A stretch of 64,000 nucleotides of DNA from Candidatus Lindowbacteria bacterium RIFCSPLOWO2_12_FULL_62_27 (GTDB lineage: Bacteria; Lindowbacteria; 2-12-FULL-62-27). Below, in pieces: positions 39,342 through 48,217 of the stretch. The number at the start of each line of letters is the position of its first letter. Positions within the stretch are counted from its first letter, which is position 1. Below the pieces are notes generated by a model that saw only the letters and a list, made by a program, of their open reading frames with translations, was not told where the DNA came from and did no database searches. The stretch is from positions 1-64,000 of the forward strand of contig MFPR01000043.1 in assembly GCA_001784175.1 (NCBI GenBank), written 5' to 3'. The translations under genes were made by a program, and so were the position numbers.

Positions 39342-42300
39342 GGCCGAACCCCTCTTTCTAAAGTACCTCGAGGCGGTCGAATCCGGCAAACCGCCGGATA
39401 CGACCCAGGCGCCCTACAACAATCCCGAATTTCTCAAAATTCTGGCCGCCCATACTCGAATCAACCGCGCCATCCACGGCGCCGGCGAGGAACTCAATCC
39501 CCTGCACATCGGCGGCATGCCGGACCTGCCGGAACTGGAGATCGTCGGCGAAATCGGCCGCGGCGGGATGGGGCTGGTCTTTCTCGCCCGCGACACCTCC
39601 CTCGACCGTGAAGTCGCCGTTAAAATCATCCCCAAACTGAACAATGAACAGATCATCAAGCGCTTCGCCCTCGAAAGTAAAATCCTCGCGAAACTCAACC
39701 ACCCCAACATCGTCGTCATCCACAGCCACGGCCAGAGCCAGGACCATTTCTATTACGTCATGGAAAAACTCGAGGGCGTCACCCTCAACCAGGTCATCGT
39801 CTGGCTGACCGAAAACCGGTTCGAATGCGCGTCCGACGTGTTCAAATTCATGGCCGGCGACATCAAGACCCTCCCGGCCGAAAATTCCGCCGCGACCCGC
39901 ATCGACGGGGAATACTGCCGCAAAATCGTCGAGATCGTCCGGCAGGCCAGCGACGCCCTCGCCTTCGCGCACGCGGGCGGCGTTGTCCACCGCGACATCA
40001 AACCCTCCAATCTCGTGTTCGACAAATTCGGCATGGTCAAAATTCTTGATTTCGGCATCAGTAAAATCGCGTCGCCCTCACAGCTCACCATGCCGGACGA
40101 ATTCGTCGGCACGCCCTACTACGTCTGCCCCGAAATGCTGCACGGCCGGGAGGCGACGCCGCAGGCCGACGTCTATTCGCTCGGCGTCGTCCTCTACGAG
40201 CTTCTCAGCCTGACCCTGCCGTTTGACTACGACTCGATCGACGCGCTGTATTCCGCGATCAAGGAAAAAATCCCGGCGCGGATCACCGCGATCCGCAGGG
40301 AACTGCCGCGCGACCTGGACGTCATCGTCCAGACGGCCATGGAAAAGGATCCGGAGCATCGATATCCCGACATGATGACGCTTCGCGCCGACCTCGAGTT
40401 CTTTCTCGGCAACAAACCTCTCAAATTCGCAAAGTACAGCCTCTGGCGAACCCTCGCCAAGCACGCCCACGCCCGGCGCAAGGGCCTCGCGGTCGGGTCG
40501 CTCGTGATGGCCGCCGCGGTCGTCGCGGCCAATTTCTGGATCACGTCCCTGCGGTCTCAACTGCGCGAACGTGAAACCATGCACGCCCTCACGGAAGTCC
40601 GCCAGAAGGAGAGGACCGAGCAGACGCGCAAACATGCGGCCGGCGCGTTTCTCAAGGCCATTTTTTTCAAGGCGCTCGATTTTCACGTCGGCGAAAAAAT
40701 GCGCGCCCTCGCCGATCTTCGCGATCAGGCGGCTGAAACCCGGGATCCGTTCATCTTCGGCCTGTACCTCTCGCTCAAAATATCTTCGGACGGCCGCACG
40801 CTCGCCATCGACGCCAAAAAAATAGATGCGGACTACGACTCCGCCGCGGCCGCGCTTCTCGCCCTCCAGCCCGATTGGTTGTCGGCCCGCCTCTTTTCCA
40901 AACTCGCGGGCGACCCAAACATCGAGCTGGCCGATCTGATCGACCGTACCGGCCACATGGCCGACGCCGCGCCGGCGTTTGAAGACAATTTCCTCGTCGG
41001 CGCGTTCCTGCTTCTGGCCGGCGACCCGGCCGACGCGGCCGGGTTTTTCAAAAAAAGTTTCGAATCCAAACGGGACTTTTTCCACGCCAAACTCTGCGAG
41101 GGCGCCGCCGTCGCCTACGCCGGCCGGCTCGACGACGGCATCGCGATCCTCCAGAACGACGTCATCCCCGCCGGCGACGAGATCAAGCTCTTTCTTCTCG
41201 CGGAGCTTTTTTCCCAGAAAAACGAGATCGTCAAGGCCAAATCCCACTACGACCGGCTGGTCGGCGCGTATCCCGAGAGCGTCTTCGGATTCCAGTACGT
41301 CAATTTTCTCGCGACCCACGGATTTGACGATGAGGCCGTGGCCTACGTCGCCCGGCGGGGCGATACCGAAATCAAGCTGATCTACCTCACGGCCAAATTC
41401 GCGGAAGCCAGATCGCCCGAGGAAGGCATCCGGTTCCTCGACGAGGCGTTCGCCATCCAGCCGTATCCGTACATGTATTCGCTGAAAGCCGAAGCGCTGG
41501 CGGGACTCGGAAAATACGACCAGGCCATCGAGACCCTCAAGCTGGTGGTCGACCTCAACCAGAAATCGAAATCGGATACGTACACCCGCGCGAATTATCT
41601 GACGATGATGGGCGACATCCTGGGCGACAAGGGCGATTTCTCGCAGGCGCGAAAACAGTACCGCGAAGCCTATGACATTTAGCGGAAATACAATGACCGC
41701 AATTCCGTCATCACCACGGCCCGGCGGCTCTGCACCCTCTACGCCGCGTCCGGAGACGATAACGCCTGCGAACCGCTGATCCACGAAGTTCTCAAACCGG
41801 ACTACGACGGCTGGCCCAACGGAAAACTTCTTTTCCTGAAAGATTTTATGCCGCCGGCGGAATTTCGAAATATCCTCCTCGCGCGGCTCGCCCAGCCCTC
41901 CGACCGGAACGTCACGCTCTATTTTACGTTTCTGACGTTTCTCGGCACGGAATCCGATACCGTCATGCAGTCCTACGCGCGAAACGCCGTGATCTCCGAC
42001 CCGGCCGACGACGCCGCGCGAACCTACCTCATCGACTACAGCATCCACGCCGGCAAATTCGACGAGGCCGACTACGAATGCCGCCAGTGGATGGCCCGCA
42101 AACCCCTCGATTACCGGCCCCTGCTCTCCATCGCCATGGTCCGCCGCCTGCGCCGGAATTTCAAAGACGCGATCGGCATGGCCGAATCGGCGCTCAAGGC
42201 GCACGAATCCTGGCGCGCGTCCGCGGACTACGTCGAACGCGCCGGCTACGACGCCGACATCAAAAAAATCTGGCAGGAACTCGCCTTCTGCCACGAATCG

Positions 42301-42681
42301 GCCGGCGACCTCGACCGCGCCGTCCTCTATCACAAAAAAATATTCGATTTCTCGCTGGAGGAAAACAACCGGACCGTCGACCCGTCCGTCTATATTTCCC
42401 TCATGGAAATTTACATCCGCGCCAAACGCTATGCCGACGCCCGCGAATTCGACAGGCTCGCCGGCCGATACCGCGTCTTCGAAAATCTCCCCGGCACGAA
42501 CCTCCGCATCCTCGAGGAAAGCCTCGCCGAGGACCTCACGTCGGCCCTCAACAAGCTCATCTACGTCCGGATCCTGCGCATCAACCACCCGCCCGCCCGT
42601 GCCGCCGACCTCGCCAGAAAATTCGCCGCCGAAGACCCCGTCTTCGCCGCCGTCTGGTCCGACCCCGGGGAGAGGCCATGA
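39331..42681 (+). pseudogene. Hanks-type Ser/Thr kinase-TM-TPR protein interrupted by a single in-frame TAG (41680-41682)
   Basis: GRGGMG, VAVK, HRDIKPSN, DFG, GTPYYVCPE, TM helix, TPRs. The same frame stays open after the TAG to 42681 with more TPR-like helices. Confidence 0.8.
42643..42675 (+). repeat. 33-bp direct repeat, copy 1 (3' end of kinase gene)
   Basis: TTCGCCGCCGTCTGGTCCGACCCCGGGGAGAGG, identical at 43734-43766. Confidence 0.95.
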
Positions 42682-42719
42682 TCCCTTCTGCTTTCTGCTC
42701 ATGCTCACGGCAGGGAGTT

Positions 42720-43118
42720 TTATATTCGGCGGATTCGAATATGATCGTCAGGGGTCTCCCATGGAATGATTTCGCCGTCAGGCCCGATTTCAAACAGCCG
42801 ATGTTTCGCATCCTTGTAATCTTCGAAAAATGTCCGCATGGCTTTGATCCAAATCCGCGTACGTTCTGAAATCGGCATCCGCTGAGGCACGTGGGAGAGA
42901 AGGACGATGGACTCGCCCATTTTCGGGAAATCGAAAAAATCCTCGTCCTGCGTCAGGAAGATGCAGGGTGTCCCTTCCAGGCGTCGAACGACGTCCCGGT
43001 CGCTCGTTCCGCGCAGTTTCAGAGGAATCATATGATCAACCTCGTAACCGAGCTTCTTAAGTCGGGCGTACAATTCCAGAGGGAAATTTTCGTCCAGCAG
43101 GATGCGACGGGATGTCAG
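42720..43118 (-). CDS. DUF5615 PIN-like toxin (probable CTG start)
   Basis: RILLDENFP..GYEVDH..SDRDV..FLTQDEDF. The conserved N-terminus lies upstream of the first canonical start (43073). Confidence 0.8.
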   Translation of the reverse strand: MTSRRILLDENFPLELYARLKKLGYEVDHMIPLKLRGTSDRDVVRRLEGTPCIFLTQDEDFFDFPKMGESIVLLSHVPQRMPISERTRIWIKAMRTFFEDYKDAKHRLFEIGPDGEIIPWETPDDHIRIRRI

Positions 43119-43345
43119 GCGGCGCTCCTTCGCGCGGGCGGTACATACTCGCTGATGTGCGCCGCATATCTCAACGCGTCCTTGATCTGGCGCGCCGTGA
43201 CTCTATAGCTGCCGCAAATGGCCTTCTCCGAATCGCCGGCCGCCAGCCCGCCGATGATGGTGGCCACATCGATCCGTGTTCCCTTCAAACACGGCTTTCC
43301 AAACCGAATATCCGGATTCTGGTCAATCCCTGGGAATATCTCCAT
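43115..43345 (-). CDS. DUF433 antitoxin
   Basis: NPDIRFGKPCLKGTRIDV..IKDALRYA. Confidence 0.9.
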   Translation of the reverse strand: MEIFPGIDQNPDIRFGKPCLKGTRIDVATIIGGLAAGDSEKAICGSYRVTARQIKDALRYAAHISEYVPPARRSAA

Positions 43346-43351
43346 GATCTA

Positions 43352-43380
43352 ACTTTATCGTATGGGCTTTTCGTTTTCAA
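43352..43380 (-). promoter_or_regulatory. Promoter, probably leaderless
   Basis: TTGAAA-17-TAAAGT, 6 nt before ATG 43345. Confidence 0.65.
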
Positions 43381-43443
43381 GGCATTCACCTCCCGTTCAC
43401 CTCATAGGAGCCTCATAGGAGGCGGCCCGAAGCCGCGCGGCAA

Positions 43444-43604
43444 GCGCGATTTGTGATTGGTGATTTCCGATTGATGATTTGTGATTGCGAAAATCACAAA
43501 TTGGAAATCACCAATCACAAATCACAAATAATCTTTTCCCTTGCCCCTGCCGTCCCCGCCGCCCGCCCGCCGTTCCGGGGAAGCGGGTCATGATGGACGC
43601 ATCC
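43444..43604 (+). repeat. 161-bp direct repeat, left copy (heptamer-rich palindrome + GC-rich repeat)
   Basis: Ungapped match to 52188-52348 with 7 mismatches by manual alignment; contains a perfect 21-bp inverted repeat (43448-43468/43503-43523). Confidence 0.92.
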
Positions 43605-43630
43605 CGCATCTTGCAACCGGGCTGCCGCCG
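43558..43630 (+). repeat. ~73-bp GC-rich inter-cassette repeat, copy 1
   Basis: GCCGCCCGCCCGCCGtTCCGGGGAAgCGGGTCATGATGG..GCATCC.GCATC..GCAA. Confidence 0.9.
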
Positions 43631-43733
43631 TCTCCATAAGTTTCCGAACCGGAACCTGCTCATCATGAATAAATTGCGTCACAACTTAACAACTAACGGT
43701 CTGGGCCGTGTTTCTTGTTTCTTGTTTCTAAAA

Positions 43734-43766
43734 TTCGCCGCCGTCTGGTCCGACCCCGGGGAGAGG
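43734..43766 (+). repeat. 33-bp direct repeat, copy 2
   Basis: Identical to 42643-42675. Confidence 0.95.
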
Positions 43767-43788
43767 GAGTAAGCAGGTACCCCTTTCC

Positions 43789-43827
43789 CCCTCTCCCGCC
43801 AAAGGCGGGAGAGGGACAGGGTGAGGG
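43789..43827. repeat. REP-like hairpin CCCTCTCCCGCC-aaa-GGCGGGAGAGGG + ACAGGGTGAGGG tail
   Basis: Perfect 12-bp stem. Confidence 0.75.
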
Positions 43828-43960
43828 TGGCCAAAAACTCTCTTCTCGCCCGTTCGCTTTCTATCCCGAATCCCGCTTATTAGAGTAGAGGGGCAATTTG
43901 GCGAGAGCGAATCAGAAGTAGTTCTCGATCTTTTACAAGTAAACAAAGGGGGGTCAGGAC

Positions 43961-44566
43961 ATGAAAAAATATTTGGCTCTGGGTTTGGCCATGGGTGTGT
44001 GTCTGAGTCTGTCGCCGGCCGCGTCGGCCGGATACGGGTCGATCAGCGGAATGGTTGGAATGAAAAGCGGCGCGGAAGCGGCGAAAGGCGGTTTTTATTC
44101 GGAAGCGGACTTCTGGTACAACCTGAACAGCGTGGTCGCGTTTGGGACGGGCGTCGGCTTCAGCTCCTATGACGGGCTCGACGACGTCGGCAAATTCATG
44201 ATGATCCCGGCCCTCCTCAACATGCGGATCTCGACGCCGACCGACCGGGTGAAATTCTACGGTGAAGGCGGCGTCGGGTATTACTTCTTCGATTTCAAGA
44301 TGGATCCTTCCATCACATCCGAGTTGGCCGCATACGGCATTGACGGCGAAGTCGACTTTGAGAGCACGACCGGCACGCATTTCGGCGGCGGCATGTTGGT
44401 GGCGCTTGGCCGGAGCACAGTCCTGGGCCTGAGCGTCCGCCGGGTCTCCGTCCAACCGCAGGCAACCGTGACCCTCCGGGATTCCTTCGGCCAGTCGTTG
44501 ACGCTCAGCGGCACGTCGGACCAGAGTTCGACGGTCTACGGCCTGAATCTATCGGTCAAGTTCTGA
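43961..44566 (+). CDS. Small outer-membrane beta-barrel protein
   Basis: Signal peptide (..AASA), alternating beta strands, FYGEGGVGYY, C-terminal Phe. Confidence 0.85.
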   Translation: MKKYLALGLAMGVCLSLSPAASAGYGSISGMVGMKSGAEAAKGGFYSEADFWYNLNSVVAFGTGVGFSSYDGLDDVGKFMMIPALLNMRISTPTDRVKFYGEGGVGYYFFDFKMDPSITSELAAYGIDGEVDFESTTGTHFGGGMLVALGRSTVLGLSVRRVSVQPQATVTLRDSFGQSLTLSGTSDQSSTVYGLNLSVKF

Positions 44567-44749
44567 CCGCGCGTTGACAGCCGAGAAAGCCGCAAGATAC
44601 GGTCATGCGATATTCACTTGTATTTATTGATGCCATGATCCCTGCATCCTTTTTGGCGCCGTTGCAAACCCGCGAGAGGGGGAGCCGGCCCTTGAAGGAT
44701 GGGGGTGTATCCGGTCGGCGCGGGAAATCCTGGTACGCCGGCCGCCCCC

Positions 44750-44822
44750 GCCGCCCGCCCGCCGATCCGGGGAACCGGGTCATGACGGCGGCATCCGGCA
44801 TCCGGCAATCTGGCAGCCTCGG
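44750..44822 (+). repeat. ~73-bp inter-cassette repeat, copy 2
   Basis: GCCGCCCGCCCGCCGATCCGGGGAACCGGGTCATGACGGCGGCATCCGGCATCCGGCAATCTGGCAGCCTCGG. Confidence 0.92.
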
Positions 44823-44859
44823 AACCCGTTTTCACAAGGATGACACCATTCGCGCCCCG

Positions 44860-45198
44860 TTAAAGAAACAGGACTTTGTTTTCGAGATCGGGGAAATCGT
44901 TCTCTCTGGCGACAGCCGCGACTTTTTTGATGAGGACCCCAACGCCGAATTTTCTTGGATGCGCGTAAATAATCCCGGGGTGCGAGGCCCCTTGTTGCCT
45001 GCGTTCATCCGCGATCTTCAAAAAATCCGCGTCGTGCGTCAAAAGGACGGACCCGGTCGCGGCGGCATACGACAGGTGCTGTTCATCCTCCGCGGCAAGC
45101 AGCCCCGCATCTTGGGCTGTCGAAATTGGGATGTCGAGACGCTTCAGTCCTTCTGCAATGTTCGAGGGAATGTTTTCGTCCAGATGGAGGGTGAGCAC
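44860..45198 (-). CDS. DUF5615 PIN-like toxin
   Basis: LHLDENI..GL....DEQHL..LLTHDADFL..HPGII. Confidence 0.88.
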   Translation of the reverse strand: MLTLHLDENIPSNIAEGLKRLDIPISTAQDAGLLAAEDEQHLSYAAATGSVLLTHDADFLKIADERRQQGASHPGIIYAHPRKFGVGVLIKKVAAVARENDFPDLENKVLFL

Positions 45199-45207
45199 AA
45201 CAAACCG

Positions 45208-45501
45208 TCAGAGGCTGTAAGACACGCCGAACTTCCTGGCAAGCCGCTTGACCGTCTTCTCGTCCTCCCGGATCTCGCAGTCGAGGGCGGCCTTGTGCCG
45301 GAAGTAGTAAGCCAGGGCTTCGTGAACCTGAAAAAGCCGGAGATGGGGATGCGCGTTCACAATTTCCTCAGCCGTCATGCCCAGCCGCTCATGTTCGACG
45401 GCAATCTGCGACACGCGAATTCGACTGCCGGCAACCACCGCTTTTTTCCCGCCCCCAGGCCTGCCGAGAAACGAAATACCCGGATACGTCATTGTCACCA
45501 T
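45208..45501 (-). CDS. DUF433 antitoxin
   Basis: AGSRIRVSQI..GMTAEEIV..HPHL...QVHEALAYY..I. Confidence 0.88.
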   Translation of the reverse strand: MVTMTYPGISFLGRPGGGKKAVVAGSRIRVSQIAVEHERLGMTAEEIVNAHPHLRLFQVHEALAYYFRHKAALDCEIREDEKTVKRLARKFGVSYSL

Positions 45502-45669
45502 AGTTCAACTCTCCTAAATCTCCGAAACAGAGTCAAGCAAAACCATCGGCAACGCATCTTCGCCGGCAAGTCAAGTAGTGGATGGCCGGACCGGCCGTCT
45601 CTCGCCGGCCTTCTGCTTCGCCCCTTTGCACTTGGCACTTTCCACTTTTCACTTTCCCCTGCCAAATCT

Positions 45670-45741
45670 GCCCGCCCGCCGATCCGGGGAACCGCGGCAT
45701 GATGGCGGCATCCGGCATCCGGCAACCGGGCTGCCGCCGGC
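45670..45741 (+). repeat. ~73-bp inter-cassette repeat, copy 3
   Basis: GCCCGCCCGCCGATCCGGGGAACCGCGGCATGATGGCGGCATCCGGCATCCGGCAACCGGGCTGCCGCCGG. Confidence 0.92.
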
Positions 45742-45757
45742 CCCGGGCTCCTAAACT

Positions 45758-46126
45758 TTACGTGTCGCTGGGTGTTGAAGCAGGCGGGAGAGGTTCTGAC
45801 AAGAGATTTTCAAGCGCCGTGATCAAGGGCGGCATATCCTGGGTTATGGTGCTCCACAGGATGTCGAGGTTGATGTCAAAGTATGCGTGGATCAGGCGGT
45901 TTCGCATGCCGACGATGTCCAGCCACGGGACATGCGGCTGTCTATTCCGTGTCTCGTCTGACACCTTGGTCGCGGCTTCGCCGACGATTTCAATGCATTT
46001 CACCAGAGAAAGCGCCAGCATTCGGCTGGAATCCAAGTCCGGGCGGGACCTGCCGCTGACAAATTCACGGGCTTCCTTTGCCGCGTCGAGCATATGCCGC
46101 AGGAGAACCAGATCAGGGTTCGGCGT
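45758..46126 (-). CDS. HepT/DUF86 HEPN ribonuclease toxin (probable ACG start)
   Basis: [23 protein letters not shown] (RX4HXY), ILWSTI..D.PPL. The frame extends to ACG 46126 after GAGGTG; first ATG is at 46093. Confidence 0.88.
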   Translation of the reverse strand, partial: TPNPDLVLLRHMLDAAKEAREFVSGRSRPDLDSSRMLALSLVKCIEIVGEAATKVSDETRNRQPHVPWLDIVGMRNRLIHAYFDINLDILWSTITQDMPPLITALENLLSEPLPPASTPSDT

Positions 46127-46421
46127 ACTGCACCTCGGCGCCGGCCATGACGTCGTCTCTAAAATACCGGCTCAGATCCGCAGGCGTCCGCAGATCCACT
46201 TTCCGGCCCGCAAAATGCTCCGACAGCTCCCGTTCCATCCGCGCCACCCCCAGAAAACCGGGTGTCCGGCCGGCCTCAAACTCGACCAGCACGTCCACAT
46301 CGCTGTCGGGACCGAACCGGTCCGTGAGCACCGATCCGAACAGCGAAAGCTTCCGAACGTGATTCCGCCGGCAAAATGTTCGAATCCCTTCTCTCGAAAA
46401 ATCGAGACGGTCCGCTTTCAT
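46113..46421 (-). CDS. MntA-like minimal nucleotidyltransferase antitoxin
   Basis: [22 protein letters not shown] (GSX10DXD), GRKVDLRT. Confidence 0.92.
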   Translation of the reverse strand: MKADRLDFSREGIRTFCRRNHVRKLSLFGSVLTDRFGPDSDVDVLVEFEAGRTPGFLGVARMERELSEHFAGRKVDLRTPADLSRYFRDDVMAGAEVQYAEP

Positions 46422-46514
46422 GGTGAAACTGTCCTAAATCCGAATCGGCAAGTCAAGCGCACTGCCGCCGCATCCGGCTTCGCCTCCAATGCCGCCCGCC
46501 GACTCGCCGCCCCC

Positions 46515-46591
46515 GCCGCCCGCCCGCCGATCCGGGGAACCGCGTCATGAGGACGGCATCACGCGTCTTGCAATCGGGTAGCCTCCGGCCC
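46515..46591 (+). repeat. ~73-bp inter-cassette repeat, copy 4
   Basis: GCCGCCCGCCCGCCGATCCGGGGAACCGCGTCATGAGGACGGCATCACGCGTCTTGCAATCGGGTAGCCTCCGG. Confidence 0.9.
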
Positions 46592-46733
46592 AGCACTCCC
46601 ATTCGCACCCTTCTGGACAAAATGCTCTATATCCGCGTCCTTCGAATCAACCGCAAAACCGGCTTGGCGGAGAAGCTCCATAAATCTTTCGCCGCGTCAG
46701 ATAAGAATTTCCTTCTGATCATGCAGGGTTCTT

Positions 46734-46878
46734 AACTCGAGTTACGCAAACGGCAAAAATGAGGATAAAATTGGCCACAAGAGGCACAAGAAGCACAAAA
46801 AATTTCTACTTTTATGGTTCTCTTGTGCCTCTTGAGTCAGTTTTGTGCCTCTTGTGTAAAAAATGCGTTACTCGTGTT
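46734..46878. mobile_element. MITE-like non-coding element (145 bp)
   Basis: 15-bp terminal inverted repeats AACTCGAGTTACGCA / TGCGTTACTCGTGTT (2 mismatches) flanked by CTT on both sides; internal inverted CACAAGAGG/CTTGTGCCT nonamer repeats. Confidence 0.6.
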
Positions 46879-46891
46879 CTTAAATCACTTC

Positions 46892-46966
46892 ACCCTTGCG
46901 GCCTTCACCGGCGTCAGTGACCGGAGATCGACGGTCTACGGATTGAATCTGTCGGTGAAGTTCTAA
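46892..46966 (+). pseudogene. 3' remnant of a paralog of the 43961-44566 barrel gene
   Basis: Encodes ..SDRRSTVYGLNLSVKF* versus ..SDQSSTVYGLNLSVKF*, with synonymous differences. Confidence 0.8.
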
Positions 46967-47043
46967 AATGTTCGCTTTTCCCTCAAAATCCCGCTGTATT
47001 CAATGGACAGGTTCTTTAACAACTGAAAACAGGAGGGATTGAA

Positions 47044-47586
47044 ATGATGAGAAACCGGTATCTTGGTCTGGGGTTGCTGATATCCATGTTCGTTTTATCA
47101 AGCGCGTTCGAAACACACGCGTCGCAATGGGACACGCCGAAATACAACTCATGGTGGGGAGGGATTGGTTCCGGCGGCGCCTGGACGTTGGGCGTGCGGG
47201 GAAAAAACCTTGGTATTGCCATGGGGGGTACAGGCGAAGCGCAAATGTCGGAGGACCAGATTCTGGACTGGGCGGTGCCGCATGATGACTACACGAGTCT
47301 GGGAAGAAAAAGCACCAGTTCAGCATGGGGCATTGATCTCCTGGGCTTTGTCAATCCGTTGAAATGGTGCTCGATTCAGATGGGTCTTGGCGTCTACAGC
47401 CAGGACTTTCGAGACGTCGCCCAGTCAAACGTCACCGGCTGGACATACACGCAGGGCAAAAGCAGTGAAACACAGATGGCCTATTCCGCGGGACTCCAAT
47501 TTTTGCCCTTCAATAAATTGACATTCGGCGTTGATTACCATTCAGTCCGCGGGGTTACGGGTGTCATCGGATTGAAATTCGATTGA
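47044..47586 (+). CDS. Exported, probable small beta-barrel protein
   Basis: AGGAGG RBS, signal peptide, amphipathic strands, ends GVIGLKFD. Confidence 0.75.
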   Translation: MMRNRYLGLGLLISMFVLSSAFETHASQWDTPKYNSWWGGIGSGGAWTLGVRGKNLGIAMGGTGEAQMSEDQILDWAVPHDDYTSLGRKSTSSAWGIDLLGFVNPLKWCSIQMGLGVYSQDFRDVAQSNVTGWTYTQGKSSETQMAYSAGLQFLPFNKLTFGVDYHSVRGVTGVIGLKFD

Positions 47587-47618
47587 CCGGCCGCCCGTGA
47601 AAAAAAGGAGAAGATGAC

Positions 47619-48209
47619 ATGAAAAAATTCCTTGGAATCCTCGCCGTGGCTCTTTTGTTCGCGTCGGTTGTATCCGCGAATGCGGAGGACGAGAAATACG
47701 TCACGACGCTGACCGCCAGAAGTTTTTCGTCGGTCGTCGTTCTTCAGTTTCGTCAGATGAGCCCGGACTGGATAGACCAGCATTTTACGACTGAAGATCA
47801 GAGGAAGACCGTCCGCAATGTGATCAAAGGCAAAGAAGGTCGCGGTCTGTTTGTCGTGGCTGGCGGCGACGGTTATTTCTTTCCCTCCAACATCCAATTT
47901 GTCCAGGGATATTCGGCGTATTCCGTCAACAATCGCGATATCCTGCCGATATCCGACAATTTCTCCGGCAAAATGGTCGAGGGAACCATGGCCATGGGGA
48001 TCATTTTTATTCCCGATCGGATCGATCTGTCGGAGAAGGTCGAAGTGCTCTACGACGATTCGAGAGAAGTGTTGAATGTTGCCGAGGTCGGGACGCCTGC
48101 GGTGCAATCTAAGCCGGACCGCTTGAACGATCTGAAAAAACGCAAGGATGAACTGGAACGCGAATACGCGTCGATCCTTGCTCAAATCGCCGAACTCGAA
48201 GGCAAATAG
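47619..48209 (+). CDS. Hypothetical exported protein with C-terminal coiled coil
   Basis: AAGGAG RBS, MKKFLGILAVALLFASVVSANA signal peptide. Confidence 0.8.
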   Translation: MKKFLGILAVALLFASVVSANAEDEKYVTTLTARSFSSVVVLQFRQMSPDWIDQHFTTEDQRKTVRNVIKGKEGRGLFVVAGGDGYFFPSNIQFVQGYSAYSVNNRDILPISDNFSGKMVEGTMAMGIIFIPDRIDLSEKVEVLYDDSREVLNVAEVGTPAVQSKPDRLNDLKKRKDELEREYASILAQIAELEGK

Positions 48210-48217
48210 AGGGGCGA

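Noticed and set aside
41680-41682. Genome-wide TAG reassignment
   Set aside because: Conserved genes (gap, pgk, the molybdoenzyme small and FAD subunits) end at TAG at expected lengths.
40078-42708. 876-aa minus-strand ORF
   Set aside because: Antisense shadow of the high-GC kinase gene; no motifs. The same applies to other long antisense ORFs (e.g. 1240-2814, 6188-7792, 60286-62022, 62442-63857).
44605-46550. Plus-strand ORFs 44605-45702 and 45582-46550 with recurring PPADPGNR/AARPPIRGT peptides
   Set aside because: They are translations of the DNA repeat and run antisense to recognisable TA genes.
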